Below the pieces are notes generated by a model. The model searched no databases. It saw only the letters and a program-made list of their open reading frames with translations, and was not told the DNA's origin. The position numbers and the translations under genes were made by a program. Of a stretch of 42,152 bases of DNA, positions 24,925-35,542 are shown piece after piece. Position 1 is the stretch's first letter. Each line of letters begins with the position of its first letter. Origin of the DNA: Catajapyx aquilonaris (lineage: Eukaryota); assembly GCA_000934665.2 (NCBI GenBank), contig KZ538888.1, positions 1 through 42,152 of the forward strand, in the 5' to 3' direction.

Positions 24925-25033
24925 ATGAAAGGCGTTCTCGTATTGTTGGCCTGCGTGGCCATCGCTTTGGCTCAAGAAGAAAAGGAACATAGTCGCGTCT
25001 TCACCAGGCTCATCCCTGCTGACGTCCTCAGAG
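24925..25033 (+). CDS. SVWC (single-domain von Willebrand factor type C) secreted protein, coding exon 1: signal peptide plus RLIPADVLR
   Basis: MKGVLVLLACVAIALA-QEE is a classic signal peptide. G|GTAACG donor, phase 1. RLIPADVLRDFPG is the N-terminal motif I recall from Drosophila CG31997-like SVWC proteins. Confidence 0.9.
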
Positions 25034-25907
25034 GTAACGTAGTAATATTAATTAATCTTTTTTATGCACATAGTATCTGGGTGAAGGGTGAACGTACAGA
25101 TTAACCGCACCTGTCCCATAGTCCTGCATCCAGTATTTCATCTGCTTGGACCTGCTGGTGCCTTTCTCCTGCGACCGGGTTTCCAGGGCATTATTACCAT
25201 TTACAAGATTTCAGACCCAGATTTCTCGGGTTATACAAGGACACTTTGTTGAAAATTAGCAATTCGCATGACACAGGATGACAACTACGCTAATACAAGA
25301 GGGCTTGAATTTCTTTCGCTTTCGGCAAATTTCACCTGGCTTTTGTTGCATCTTTTGTTAGTGTGAATCACTTTCATTAACTGTTACTTCTTATGTATTC
25401 TTTGTGGCTAATAAGTCGTGGCTATTTTAATATTATTACTAAGCAGCACAGTAGGAGGTTAGGCTTTCACTTACAACATTGTAAACTATGGAGATTTTTG
25501 TTCATACACAAACTAGCAGGTGCTCTATTTATGACACATAATCATAATACTTGCGCAAAGCATTACTGAAATTTGGTGCAGTATTGATCACTTTACATGT
25601 TTAATACACCTGACGGATATTAAGCGATTATTCATTTGAATCAATTATATTGGCTATATTTCTACAGTCATAGCTAGACTAATATTAGGGCCACTATATC
25701 ATCATCCTATATTGGGGATATGTTCTTAGGTTATCATTCGCAAACTCTAAGCACAACTCTCAGAGGACCATCCCTTATTCTCCTCCACCTTAGTCTAAAT
25801 CATATAAGCAGCACCATCGCTTTTAGTCCTTGACAAATGTGGGCTTACCAGCTGAACTACATGAGACAATTGACAGCAAATGGTAATAAAAACTGACCTC
25901 CTGGCAG

Positions 25908-26218
25908 ATTTCCCCGGAGTGTGCTTTGCATCCACCAACTGCAGCACCCACGCTCCAGGCGAGTCCTGGAACCTGACACCATTTTGCGGCAAGTCTACCT
26001 GTATCGAGCAAGACGGCCGTCTCTTTGAGATGGTTGAGGACTGTGGACCACCCCCTAAGCCTAACCCCAAGTGCAAGCTGTCCGATGAGACCGACACCAG
26101 TGCTGGATTTCCTGTGTGCTGCCCCAAGTTCGAGTGCGAAGATGGCGCTAAGCTGGAGTACCCAGAAATACCTGAGGTGCCTGCCAGTGCAGCAGCCAAG
26201 GAGGTTACTGCAGCATAA
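25908..26218 (+). CDS. SVWC protein coding exon 2 (DFPGVCFASTNC...FCGKSTC...EDCG...FPVCCPKFEC...LEYPE); 139 aa in total
   Basis: CAG acceptor with matching phase 1, SVWC cysteine pattern including FPxCCP, TAA stop, AATAAA at 26447-26452. Confidence 0.92.
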
Positions 26219-26446
26219 ACATTTAAATAATTTCAGACAAACAATGCAGACAAATTTTTTTTTGAAAGTCAGTACTAACTACTCCAATATTTGGCACCGA
26301 GTGTTCTTGTTCCTATTCTCACAATTGTTTTGGAAATTCCCTGTCGGTGTGTACTAAACAAAAAAGAGAGGGATTCTGTGATATTCACAATGTGGCTGAC
26401 GGTGTTAGGATGTTTTGCGATGTGTTTAAAAGTGCTTTACTATCTC

Positions 26447-26452
26447 AATAAA
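26447..26452 (+). terminator. Candidate polyadenylation signal of the SVWC gene (second AATAAA near 26556)
   Basis: AATAAA about 230 bp after the stop codon. Confidence 0.5.
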
Positions 26453-27380
26453 AAAGTAATGAACTGACCTTCTGAAAAAAATCCTAACACCAGATCCTTC
26501 CATAACCTGACTTGACTGGCTCACATCTTCCTGTTTATGTATACTGTGTATAAATAATAAAAAAGGTATATTTCGACATTACTGGAGTATTATGAAGAAA
26601 ATTGATAATAATCACCACCTTGAAGGCTTTTTTAACGTGAAAGGAAATCTGTACTGGTTGCCAACTCGCCATTTCCTCCTTTCATTTACGTTATCGAGCC
26701 TTCAAAGTCACATCGTGGCCTTGTCAACTGGAAATCCAAGAAAAAAAAAGCTCCACTTAATATCCATGTAGCTTAAAAACGAAAAGCCTAATGTATATCA
26801 TCAAGTAAATTTAATGCATATCACAAAGAATACAACGAGGAACAGCCGAGCCGCTCCCGAAATAAAACGCTTAGCCTTTGTCATGATTTCACAAGCGTAA
26901 AATGTCGAATGACCCATATGTAAATCATTGTATGTCACGAACATGGAACGCAAATTCGCGGTAATAAAAATATGTGATCCCATCTATTTTCTCACAAACG
27001 CTTACAGGGGGTGTGGTTGCCCTTTTCCCAACAGCAATTAAAAATCACAGGTTGCCAAGGCTAACTTGGTTCAATTAGGCAGCATAATAATAAACTTGTT
27101 CCAGCCTACGCGTATATCCATTTCGCCTGTAAAAATGAAGATAAGCAAAATCATGTAGCACAATACTGACTATTATGCAAGAGTGGATGGAGTTTGTTGT
27201 ACCTTACGATCTACATTGTCTTAGCAGTGGAAAATTTGGCAAGGGAACAGCATTGTTACATTATACATCCCCACTTATCTGTGATATACTGTGACTTAAT
27301 AATGTTGACGCCTGTAATGCAAGAACAGAGTATGTGCAGCTATTCATGGGATTTTAAAAGTAAAGTCGGTGGTGGCGACG

Positions 27381-29583
27381 CACAGTGGCCAATATCAGAA
27401 AAAACACGCAAGAAAATGATAGCTCCTAAACTAAAACGTTGAAGTACGTAAAATACATGTCTCCCCATGTTTTCAAGGTCGCTGATTTCGATTTTTAGGT
27501 TATTTTGAACATGGACCTACAGGGTGTACCAAAAACACGATCGAATTTAAGAATCATTCTGTAGAATAAGGGGAAAAAATAGGCTCTAGTGATGTTACCC
27601 TACGTTTTGCGGTCACTGCTTCATATTTTGAGGCTCTTATCAAACTAAGGCCTACAGGGTGTACCAAAAACAGGATAGATTTTAATAATCTGCAGAATAA
27701 GCGGTACAAGTAGGTGAAACTAATGCTTCCCTGTTCTTACAGTCGCTGATTTCGATTTTTAGGTTATTTTGAAGCTATACCTACAGGGTGCACTAAAAAC
27801 TCACTATGAAATCTACGAACGTGTACAATAAGCATTACAAGTAGGTGAAAATAACATTTCCCGATGTTTTCGCGGTCCTAATTTTGATTTTTTAGGTTAT
27901 TTTGTATCAGGACATACAGGGTGTATACCATAAAAGGACCATCGCATTCAAGAACTTGTGGAATCTACATAAAAGTACGGACATGTGAAAATAGTATTTT
28001 ACCGTATGTTGGTGGACAATGATTTTGATTTTTAGGCTATACTGAACCCACACCACTAGCCTGTATCAAAAACACCGTCAAATTTGAGATATCGTGGAAT
28101 AAATAGTACAGTAAAACACGATAGAATTTAATAATAGGCCCATGTATTATAAGCAGTACAAGTAGGTGAAAGTAATGTTTCTTCAGTTTTTACGGTCGCT
28201 GATTTAGATCTTGAGGAAACTTCCAACTCAGGCCAACAAAATGTATCATGAACACCATAACCACTCCAGCCCCCTTTCCGCATCGTGATGTGGATTTGAC
28301 ATTTGACCCCTTACGTCACATGACCATAGTTTTCAAGTTCAAAGTATACAAAAACATGTGCTTGTGGATTTGGTTATCGCAGGATCTGTTTAGCAGAAGT
28401 CTCTCGCCCTCCGAGCCAGCATTAGTCCTTCGTCACGTTAATTAACATTTTCCTTCCAGACATTACAGACGAAATTCTTCTTAACACATCGCGATTTTCT
28501 GAGGTAGCATTTTGTGAAGTGGGATCGCACCGTACTACCAATACTGCAGTAATTCAGTGCAAAAATTATATGAAGTGGCCCCTGAAAGTGAATATCGTAG
28601 AATATTTCCTTCAGCTGCAGCTCGCCGCAGCTGATTCTTACTTGGATAGTTTCCCTATTATCCTCAGGTCAACTTAAATCCAATTTCATCACTGACTCGT
28701 ACTGACTCCGTTTGGTATGCCTAATTGAACTTCAAAATTTGTGAAAATTTGCAGAATGTTACCAGTTGAAATTTCTCGGATGTCCAAGAAACAAGTACCC
28801 ATTATTGATATTCTGTTAACAGTCCCAAATCCATGCTATACAGGACCAAGTATCTATTTTTCTAAACATTTAATTTTTAACATTATGCAATTATGTCAAC
28901 AGCAGGCGCGTTTCGATGAATCAGAAGAGTGCTGAATGTTTGAACAGCGTATTTTGTATATTATTTTCTGTTCCTTTTGGAGTGTTTATGGTGTTTATGA
29001 TACAATTTGTTGGCCTGGGTTGGAAGTTTCCTCGAAATCTAAATCAGCGACCGTAAAAACTGGGGAAACATTACTTTCACCTACATATAGGCCTATTATT
29101 AAATTCTATCGTGTTATACTGTGTACTACTTATTCCACAACATCCTACGGTGTTTTTGATACATATGCTCTTGGTCTGGGTTCAGTGTAGCCTAAAAATC
29201 AAAATCACTGACCACCAACATTACGGTAAAATACTATTTTCACATGTTCGTACTTATAATGTAGATTCCACAAGTTCCTGAATTCGATGGTCTTTTTATG
29301 GTACACCCTGTATGTCCTGGTTCAAAATAACCTAAAAAAATCAAAATTAGGACCGCGAAAACATCGGGAAATGTTATTTTCACCTACTTGTAATGCTTAT
29401 TATACACGTTAGTCAATTTCATACTGTGTTTTTGGTACACCCTGTAGGTATAGCTTCAAAATAACCTAAAAATCGAAATCAGCGACCTTGAAAACATGGG
29501 GAGACATGTATTTTACGTACTTCAACGGTTTAGTTTAGGAGCTATCATTTTCTTGCGTGTTTTTTCTGATATTGGCCACTGTG
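27381..29583. mobile_element. 2.2-kb non-autonomous Transib-like foldback element
   Basis: Termini CACAGTGGCCAATATCAGAAAAAAC / GTTTTTTCTGATATTGGCCACTGTG; the first 130 bp or so are almost perfectly inverted; arms consist of about 130-bp tandem units; 5-bp flanks CGACG / CGTCG. Confidence 0.82.
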
Positions 29584-29786
29584 CGTCGCCACAAATTTTA
29601 TGATTGACATAATTGGCGTGTATTGGCGCAGAGGCCTTCATTTGAATCGGCGCGGCAGTTGAGAGCAGCTTTTACTATCCGTCGCCAAGAGCGCTATAGT
29701 ATATGAATGAGTACCACCCATGGAGCATGAGTGATGAGTCCGATCATTACATGTCATTCGGTAATTTATGGGTCAACAGTTTTGGT

Positions 29787-29792
29787 TTTATT
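29787..29792 (-). terminator. Candidate polyadenylation signal of the F-box/LRR gene
   Basis: AATAAA on the minus strand about 120 bp after the stop codon. Confidence 0.5.
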
Positions 29793-29908
29793 ATTCATTT
29801 ACATATTTCCCAGGTGGTTAATTTGTAACGAGACCTGTGAATGAAACATCTCGCGACTTTGGGCAGCTTGACAGACTCCATGGCAAAAGCAGCGGTAATT
29901 GCAGGTCA

Positions 29909-30994
29909 TTACCGGCAGACTTGCAGCAGCGGATTGTGGCGCTTGATCTCCTCCCACAGTGTGGGCATGTTTAACTGCTGGCACCCCCGGATGTCTAGCA
30001 GGCGCAGTTGTGGTAGATTCTGAATCATGTACAGTAGACCACTGGGGCTGAACTTGAGGCAGTTGTTCAGGAAGAGTCGGGTAAGTCGAAGGCAGTTCGA
30101 GCTGATGGTGGCCAGGTGGATGTCCTGAAGCTCGGTAGTGGATGAGAGGTTGAGGGTCTCAAGGGAGCTGACCACTGTAGCATAGGTCAGGAATGTGACG
30201 AGCCCATCCGGGGTGATGGAGTTGGCCCTTGGTATCGACAGAAGGCGGAGGTTCTGCAGTCTGCCCAGCCCATCCATGAGGCAGTCGTTCGTCAGGTAAG
30301 TTGGTGACGACATGTGGAGCTCCCTCAGGCTCGTGAACTTTGCAAACTGAGTGTATGACTCAGGGTTCTTCAGTCGGCATATGGACAACTGGTTGATACA
30401 CGATCCACCATTGGCCAGAATCACTTCAAACTCTGGATCTGACGCTTCCCAACCTTGTGTGTCGAGGTGCACTTCACTCAGTTGACGCCAAGCACAGGAC
30501 AGGGTCTTATTCAGAGGGGCCATACCAGCGTTGTCCACCATCCGCAGACGCCGAAGCTTGTTGCAGCTGGCCAGGGTGTCAAGCAGGTGAATGCTACCGG
30601 CCGGGAAGGTGCAAAATCGGACATCAAAGTCCCGCAACCTCCTACACTTCTCCAAGAGACAAGTGATCACCCTCTGTTTATCAAAGGTCACCCAGCTCAG
30701 CCGGAGCGACTCCAAGTTTGGGGAGGTCTCACTGACCTTGTCCAGGATCAGTTCTGCACCTTCGCTCCAGTCTGTCAGCGACAGGGACTTCAGCATCGTG
30801 GTTCTGGACACAACCTGGACAGCCTTCTCAACTGTCACGTCCTCGCCGTTCAGCACCACATTCTGCCACAGCTCTGGATCCATTACAACTGAAAACCAAT
30901 CCTGGCACACGAGCGAGGCCATGGGAAAACTCGTCCTCGGCACAAACGACATCAACCACACTTTCATCTCCCATGGAAGGTCGAAAAATGTAGT
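29909..30994 (-). CDS. F-box/leucine-rich-repeat (FBXL-type) protein, main exon
   Basis: F-box motif FFDLPWEMKVWLMSF...ASLVCQDW...DPELWQ, then cysteine-containing LRRs (LESLRLS, LRELHMS, LETLNLS, LTRLFLNNC, LRLLDIRGC). 1086-bp open GC-rich frame; TTGCAG acceptor at 30996-30995. Confidence 0.93.
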   Translation of the reverse strand, partial: TTFFDLPWEMKVWLMSFVPRTSFPMASLVCQDWFSVVMDPELWQNVVLNGEDVTVEKAVQVVSRTTMLKSLSLTDWSEGAELILDKVSETSPNLESLRLSWVTFDKQRVITCLLEKCRRLRDFDVRFCTFPAGSIHLLDTLASCNKLRRLRMVDNAGMAPLNKTLSCAWRQLSEVHLDTQGWEASDPEFEVILANGGSCINQLSICRLKNPESYTQFAKFTSLRELHMSSPTYLTNDCLMDGLGRLQNLRLLSIPRANSITPDGLVTFLTYATVVSSLETLNLSSTTELQDIHLATISSNCLRLTRLFLNNCLKFSPSGLLYMIQNLPQLRLLDIRGCQQLNMPTLWEEIKRHNPLLQVCR

Positions 30995-31067
30995 CTGCAA
31001 GCGCAATAGGTTAATTAATACCAGCAGTTAATTGACAGTAAGAGCAAGATAATTGCAATTAGTGTAC

Positions 31068-31127
31068 CCTGCTGGAGTTCCCATTCTCCGGTGTCCCGTA
31101 GTGTTGTTCCTTCACAGCCATGGCCAT
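31068..31127 (-). CDS. F-box/LRR protein, probable first coding exon (MAMAVKEQHYGTPENGNSSR)
   Basis: AAAATGG start context and a GTACAC donor in phase 0, joining the main exon across a 73-bp intron. An acceptor at 31144-31143 implies further upstream exon(s). Confidence 0.65.
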
Positions 31128-31973
31128 TTTCTTGGCAGAGATCTGTAATGAATGATGCAAAAATTAACTTATTAAAACACAGCGTATGGTTTGACAACAC
31201 TCGCACAGTTTTCAACCACTAATATCAGCGCATACTACACAACTGACCAGCAATATCACCTGATTATAATTGGTATGCAGTAGACCTCAATAATTATTCT
31301 ACAGGGTATAAAAAGAACAAATGTGATGCTATCATATGAGCAGATAAAAGTCTAATTATACTATAGGCAACAAGGTTTTTGGCACATGAACAATTTTAGC
31401 TGTTTCTAATGCATTCATATGTGCTGATTCTAAATATGAAGTCAGAAAGTTTCCATCACCCTCAATTTTTTTGTAACAGCCATGCCTTATTTTGCGGAAA
31501 GTACACTGCACATTGCTCAATGTGACTAATATATGGACAACAATGGTTTAGTTAAATAAGCCATTTTCACTTTTTAGTATGTATTATTATGCGCTGAGTT
31601 TGAATTTGACATCAAAATATTTCTATCAGCATCCATTTTCGTGTAGCCTACTTCGTAGGCCTACTTTTCATAGCTCTGTAAAACCCACCTACTAGTCTAC
31701 AGTCGCAGTCGTCTAGCGGTCACTTGCAATCATGTGTCACTTGCAATCATGCGTCAAAATGACGTCGCCAATTCTCCTCGCCCTGCCCTGGTCATCATTG
31801 GCGACATTTTGACGTCCTTTGTCGATTGCGAGTGACCTGGATGAGTATACGCCTCCTGTAGCGAGACGCATACTGTAAGTGTTTAAAATTGAAATTGCGC
31901 GAGTGCTGTTTTCCCCAGTACCATATTCGATAAGTCGAATTTTTTTTCTCGGTCCCATGGTGGTTCGAGTTAT

Positions 31974-33011
31974 TTATTTTGTTATTTTTTATTTTTTGCA
32001 TTACCCCACGGGGGGAGTTACGTACTCCTTAGTGGGGGGGGGGGGGGGGGGTTTCCNGACAATTAGAAAAGAAGTTCCGATATGAAGAAAGGGGACCCAC
32101 TGTGACGCTTTCCAGCGAGATATCAGCCCCTTTGTATGGATAGGCGGCCCCCAAAAGGAAGAATGGAGTTTCGCAAGTGAACTCAAATTGACAATGCTTT
32201 GAGGCGAGGACAAATTAGTAAGAGATGTCCTCGCCTAAAAATTGCACAGAAGAATACAGCGATTAAGAAAACAAAAGAGGTAGCCGATAACCGGTCCAAT
32301 ATATATGGCAGGCAGGGCTATCCTCAAAAAAGGAGAGAGTAGGAGGAGAGCAGTATAGTGCATTGACTGAAGTTGGACTCGCCCAGAAGACACCAGACGA
32401 CCGTTCAAGCCCTGAAGTCCTGAAACACGCCCGAAAGGATGAACGCCGTAGCAGTGAGTTACACTGATTAGCGAGGGTATTAGAGTGGTCATGAGTTTGG
32501 TCCGTCAGGGTCAAGTTTTGATGCCATTACTTTGAAAAGGCATTTGGTAAATATGTTGATTTTTATTGTGACTATATATAAATAAACACATGATTGTGTG
32601 TGTAGGAACTGGTATCTGTTGTTGATCGTTTTGTATCAAGTGTTGCCTAACCCTCCGCTTCTTACGCGGGCCCATAGGCGGGCAACCTTGTCTACGCTCT
32701 AACTCTGGAGCGATGGCTACTGATCTGGCTGATGTGCACTCACTGGGGTGTACAGCTGGTCGGACTCTTGCATTATTAGTGTACTCCAAGGGTGGGTGGG
32801 AGGGGATGTGCAAAGTGCAAGTGCAATGTCTCTAATCGTCATTTTGTGAACTCCCCCGGGTGGCTTAGTCTGTCGGAAATTGCCACCCGAAACGAAGCCA
32901 GAGATGGCCCAACTCTGCACGAAAGAAGGTGGGAACCCCGGGTGGGGATTGAACCCGGGACCTTAACTTCCGTGGGCGCGCGCGTTACCGCGGCGCCACT
33001 CCGTCTCCCCG
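31974..33011 (-). mobile_element. Long (about 1.04 kb) tRNA-headed SINE
   Basis: A box GTGGCGCCGCGG, B box GGTTCAATCC, A-rich tail (31974-31997), 17-bp TSD ATGGTGGTTCGAGTTAT at 31957-31973 and 33012-33028. Confidence 0.85.
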
Positions 33012-33158
33012 ATGGTGGTTCGAGTTATCGGGATTTCACTGTATTAGATATTTTATTATATTTATACATATTTAATATTTATTCAATTTTATTTTATACT
33101 AGCTGTAGTGATCGAGTCCTAGCAACAAGACTGTTTACTGTTCTTTGAGAGAATGCTT

Positions 33159-34539
33159 CCTACACAACACAAGGACGTACACCTAGGACGTCCCAGGGAT
33201 GACACATTGGGATAAAGGGACGTCCAAGGGAGGTCCAAGATACGGATGTGGAGGTCCCTGGGACGGTCCAGGGATCACGAACTGTTAAAGTTTCGACGTC
33301 CCTGGAAAGTCCCTGGGATGGGCCAAAGGACATCCCCAGATTGTGACATCCCGTGTACGTCCCGTGAACTTCCGCGGGATGACATGTGCACTGATTTGGT
33401 ATGTCACCTGGATGACGTGGGGACCGGAATCGGACATCACACGGCTGGGGAAGTGGCTTTTTCGCTTTTTCGTTTCTTCGCGTGGGTTGGTTGGTTGATT
33501 GGTGTTCAAAGAGGTCCGGACAAGAAGGCTATACTCCACTGTTCTTGGTACGGAGGTGCCTGGCTTGTATGGCTCTTCTCCGCGGATTGGTCCTGCTCGC
33601 AGCATAAGCATTGCCATCGAACGACTCCAGCAAATTAATGTCACAATGAAGTACCTCGGGGGTAAATGAGCCGCATGCAGTGGAGTTTCCTTCCACCTTT
33701 GCACACGTGTAATGGCCAAAATTAATTAGCATTGTTGTGGGATAAATCGGACAAGACTTGCAACGATACACCGACAGGCAGCGCCATCTGGACGCGGGAA
33801 GCTGCGAATGTGGCGCCCCGGCGCAGTGGCGTAACGGCAGGGGGGCAGGGGGGAGAGGTAAAATCACGGAGGGGGCGCCGAGAAAATGCGCCCTGCCGAA
33901 AAGGTGCCCATTAAGATGAGGGGATTTTACTAACAATGAGAGCCGCGTCAAAGTGTTCGGAAAAAAGTGACTTCACATGAAATGTGTTTTTTATGTTTTT
34001 TTGTGCCTATTAAATAACAAGTTTCGTGTTTGATTTGATTAAACTACATTCTTCTCATTTTACATGTATTTCTTTGAGAATGTTGAAGCAAAAGTAATTC
34101 AAATCAACTCCTGTACCACGACATACAGCTTATGTCATACATACATATAATTCCGACCAAAAAGGGGGGCGGGGGCGCAGGCACAGCGGCCCCCCCCCCT
34201 CCCCCCAGCTCGAAACCGTGGTTACAGGCCACTGCCCCGGCGCGGCGGGACGAGAACGGGACTTGCGGGATGCTCCTGGGATACCCTGTGGGGGACGTCC
34301 GCAGTACGTCGTAGCAAGAGCTATATTAGCTCTTGGCCGTAGGATGAAAGACTGTGACGTCCTCTGGAAGTCCCTATATCGTCCGGGACGAGAACGGGAC
34401 TTAGGGATGGTCCAGGGATACCTAGGATGTCACAGTCTTTCATCCCTAGGACGTACTGCGGACGTCCCGATTATCCGGGATGAATATGGGATTTAAGAGA
34501 CGTCCGCGGGCGGTTCCGGGGACATTTGTGTTGTGTGGG
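33159..34539. mobile_element. Non-autonomous DNA transposon with GGACGTCC-type subterminal repeats (possibly CMC/EnSpm-like)
   Basis: TIRs CCTACACAACACAA / TTGTGTTGTGTGGG; many GGGACGTCC and GTCCCTGGGA repeats at both ends. Confidence 0.72.
33824..34234. mobile_element. hAT MITE nested in the preceding element
   Basis: TIRs CAGTGGCGTAAC / GTTACAGGCCACTG, 8-bp TSD CCCCGGCG (33816-33823, 34235-34242). Confidence 0.85.
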
Positions 34540-34774
34540 AAGGGACTGGTTTTAATCCCATGCTGCAATAAAGCATCTCCAGACCAATACGTTCATATAC
34601 CTCACATTGCTTTCGGGATATTTATGAGACCAGAAACGCACTTACAATGCAAGTTAACATTTACCAGCTTCATTCCAACGTGACCAGTAGGTGTCTGTGT
34701 CAGATGCCATTACTGCTCTTGCAATGCCCGCTGTGGACTGATTTTTGAAAAATAGGTTTTAACCTGGAAATTTG

Positions 34775-35542
34775 AGATAGAAAGCTAATTTTTGGTACAG
34801 TTGTCCTTCATGATGTTCTCAAACAGTGTGTAAAAGTCCCGGGGTGTCCGACGCTTGCTTCGCCCGGGACAACGCAAAAAGTACCTATGTGACACTAGTG
34901 CAGGAAAGATACGATAAAATGCCCCATAACCCCCAAATAAACTGCAATAGAGATGAACTTTTCACCATTTGTTCAGAAAAATGTGGAGAATAACATATCC
35001 AAAGTTCACAGCGATTGGTGGGGGGGAACCCGCCGCCATCTTGGAAAATGGCGGCGAAAAGGGGTGTTTTGGTTTGAGATTTATCTCGTAAATGACTGCA
35101 TGTATGTGGATTTATGTAGAATACAAAATGAAAGATCACACTAGTTCGCACATATTCGGTCCCTATCACTATTTTGTAGAGGGAATATCTACGAAGTTAT
35201 CGCCAATTATATTGACGCACATAACCACTCTACGAGGATATTATGCACATATGCTGTTTCTACTCAAGTAATTTATATGTGAATAATCGTCACTTATCAT
35301 TACTTACTCTAATAATACAGAGACGAGCTATCATTGAGAAATGGTTGGTAATGATAATAGCTATTATAGCTATTATAAGTAACTATTATTAATAAAAACA
35401 CGTAATCCTAATGTATGATATTTCAGATAGAAAGCCAATTTTCAGTACAATTGTCCTTCATGATGTTCTCAAACAGTGCGTAAAAGTCCCAGAGTGTCCG
35501 ACGATTGCTTCGTCCGGGACAACGCATAAAGTACCTATGAGA
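34775..35542 (+). repeat. Pair of about 118-bp direct repeats (34775-34893 and 35425-35542), probably part of a DNA transposon
   Basis: AGATAGAAAGC...TTGTCCTTCATGATGTTCTCAAACAGTG...GGGACAACGCA...AAGTACCTATG occurs twice, 650 bp apart. Confidence 0.8.

Noticed and set aside
25795..26199. 134-aa minus-strand ORF
   Set aside because: Antisense shadow of the SVWC exon.
27478..28255. Regularly spaced repeats suggestive of a CRISPR array
   Set aside because: Whole 130-bp units are mutually similar (no unique spacers), they are mirrored in the opposite arm of a transposon, the context is eukaryotic and there are no cas genes.
28256..28974. Possible transposase remnant in the spacer of the Transib-like element
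   Set aside because: I could not read any RAG1/Transib motif or long frame by eye; a BLASTX search would be needed.
30455..31031. Plus-strand ORFs of 145 and 146 aa
   Set aside because: Antisense shadows of the GC-rich F-box/LRR exon; no recognisable domain.
32930..33010. tRNA gene (also 1450-1526)
   Set aside because: A/B boxes are present but the cloverleaf pairing is poor, and each continues into a body, A tail and TSD, so they are SINE heads.
33246..33951. ORFs of 130-144 aa on both strands
   Set aside because: They fall within GC-rich subterminal repeats of nested transposons and show no transposase motifs.
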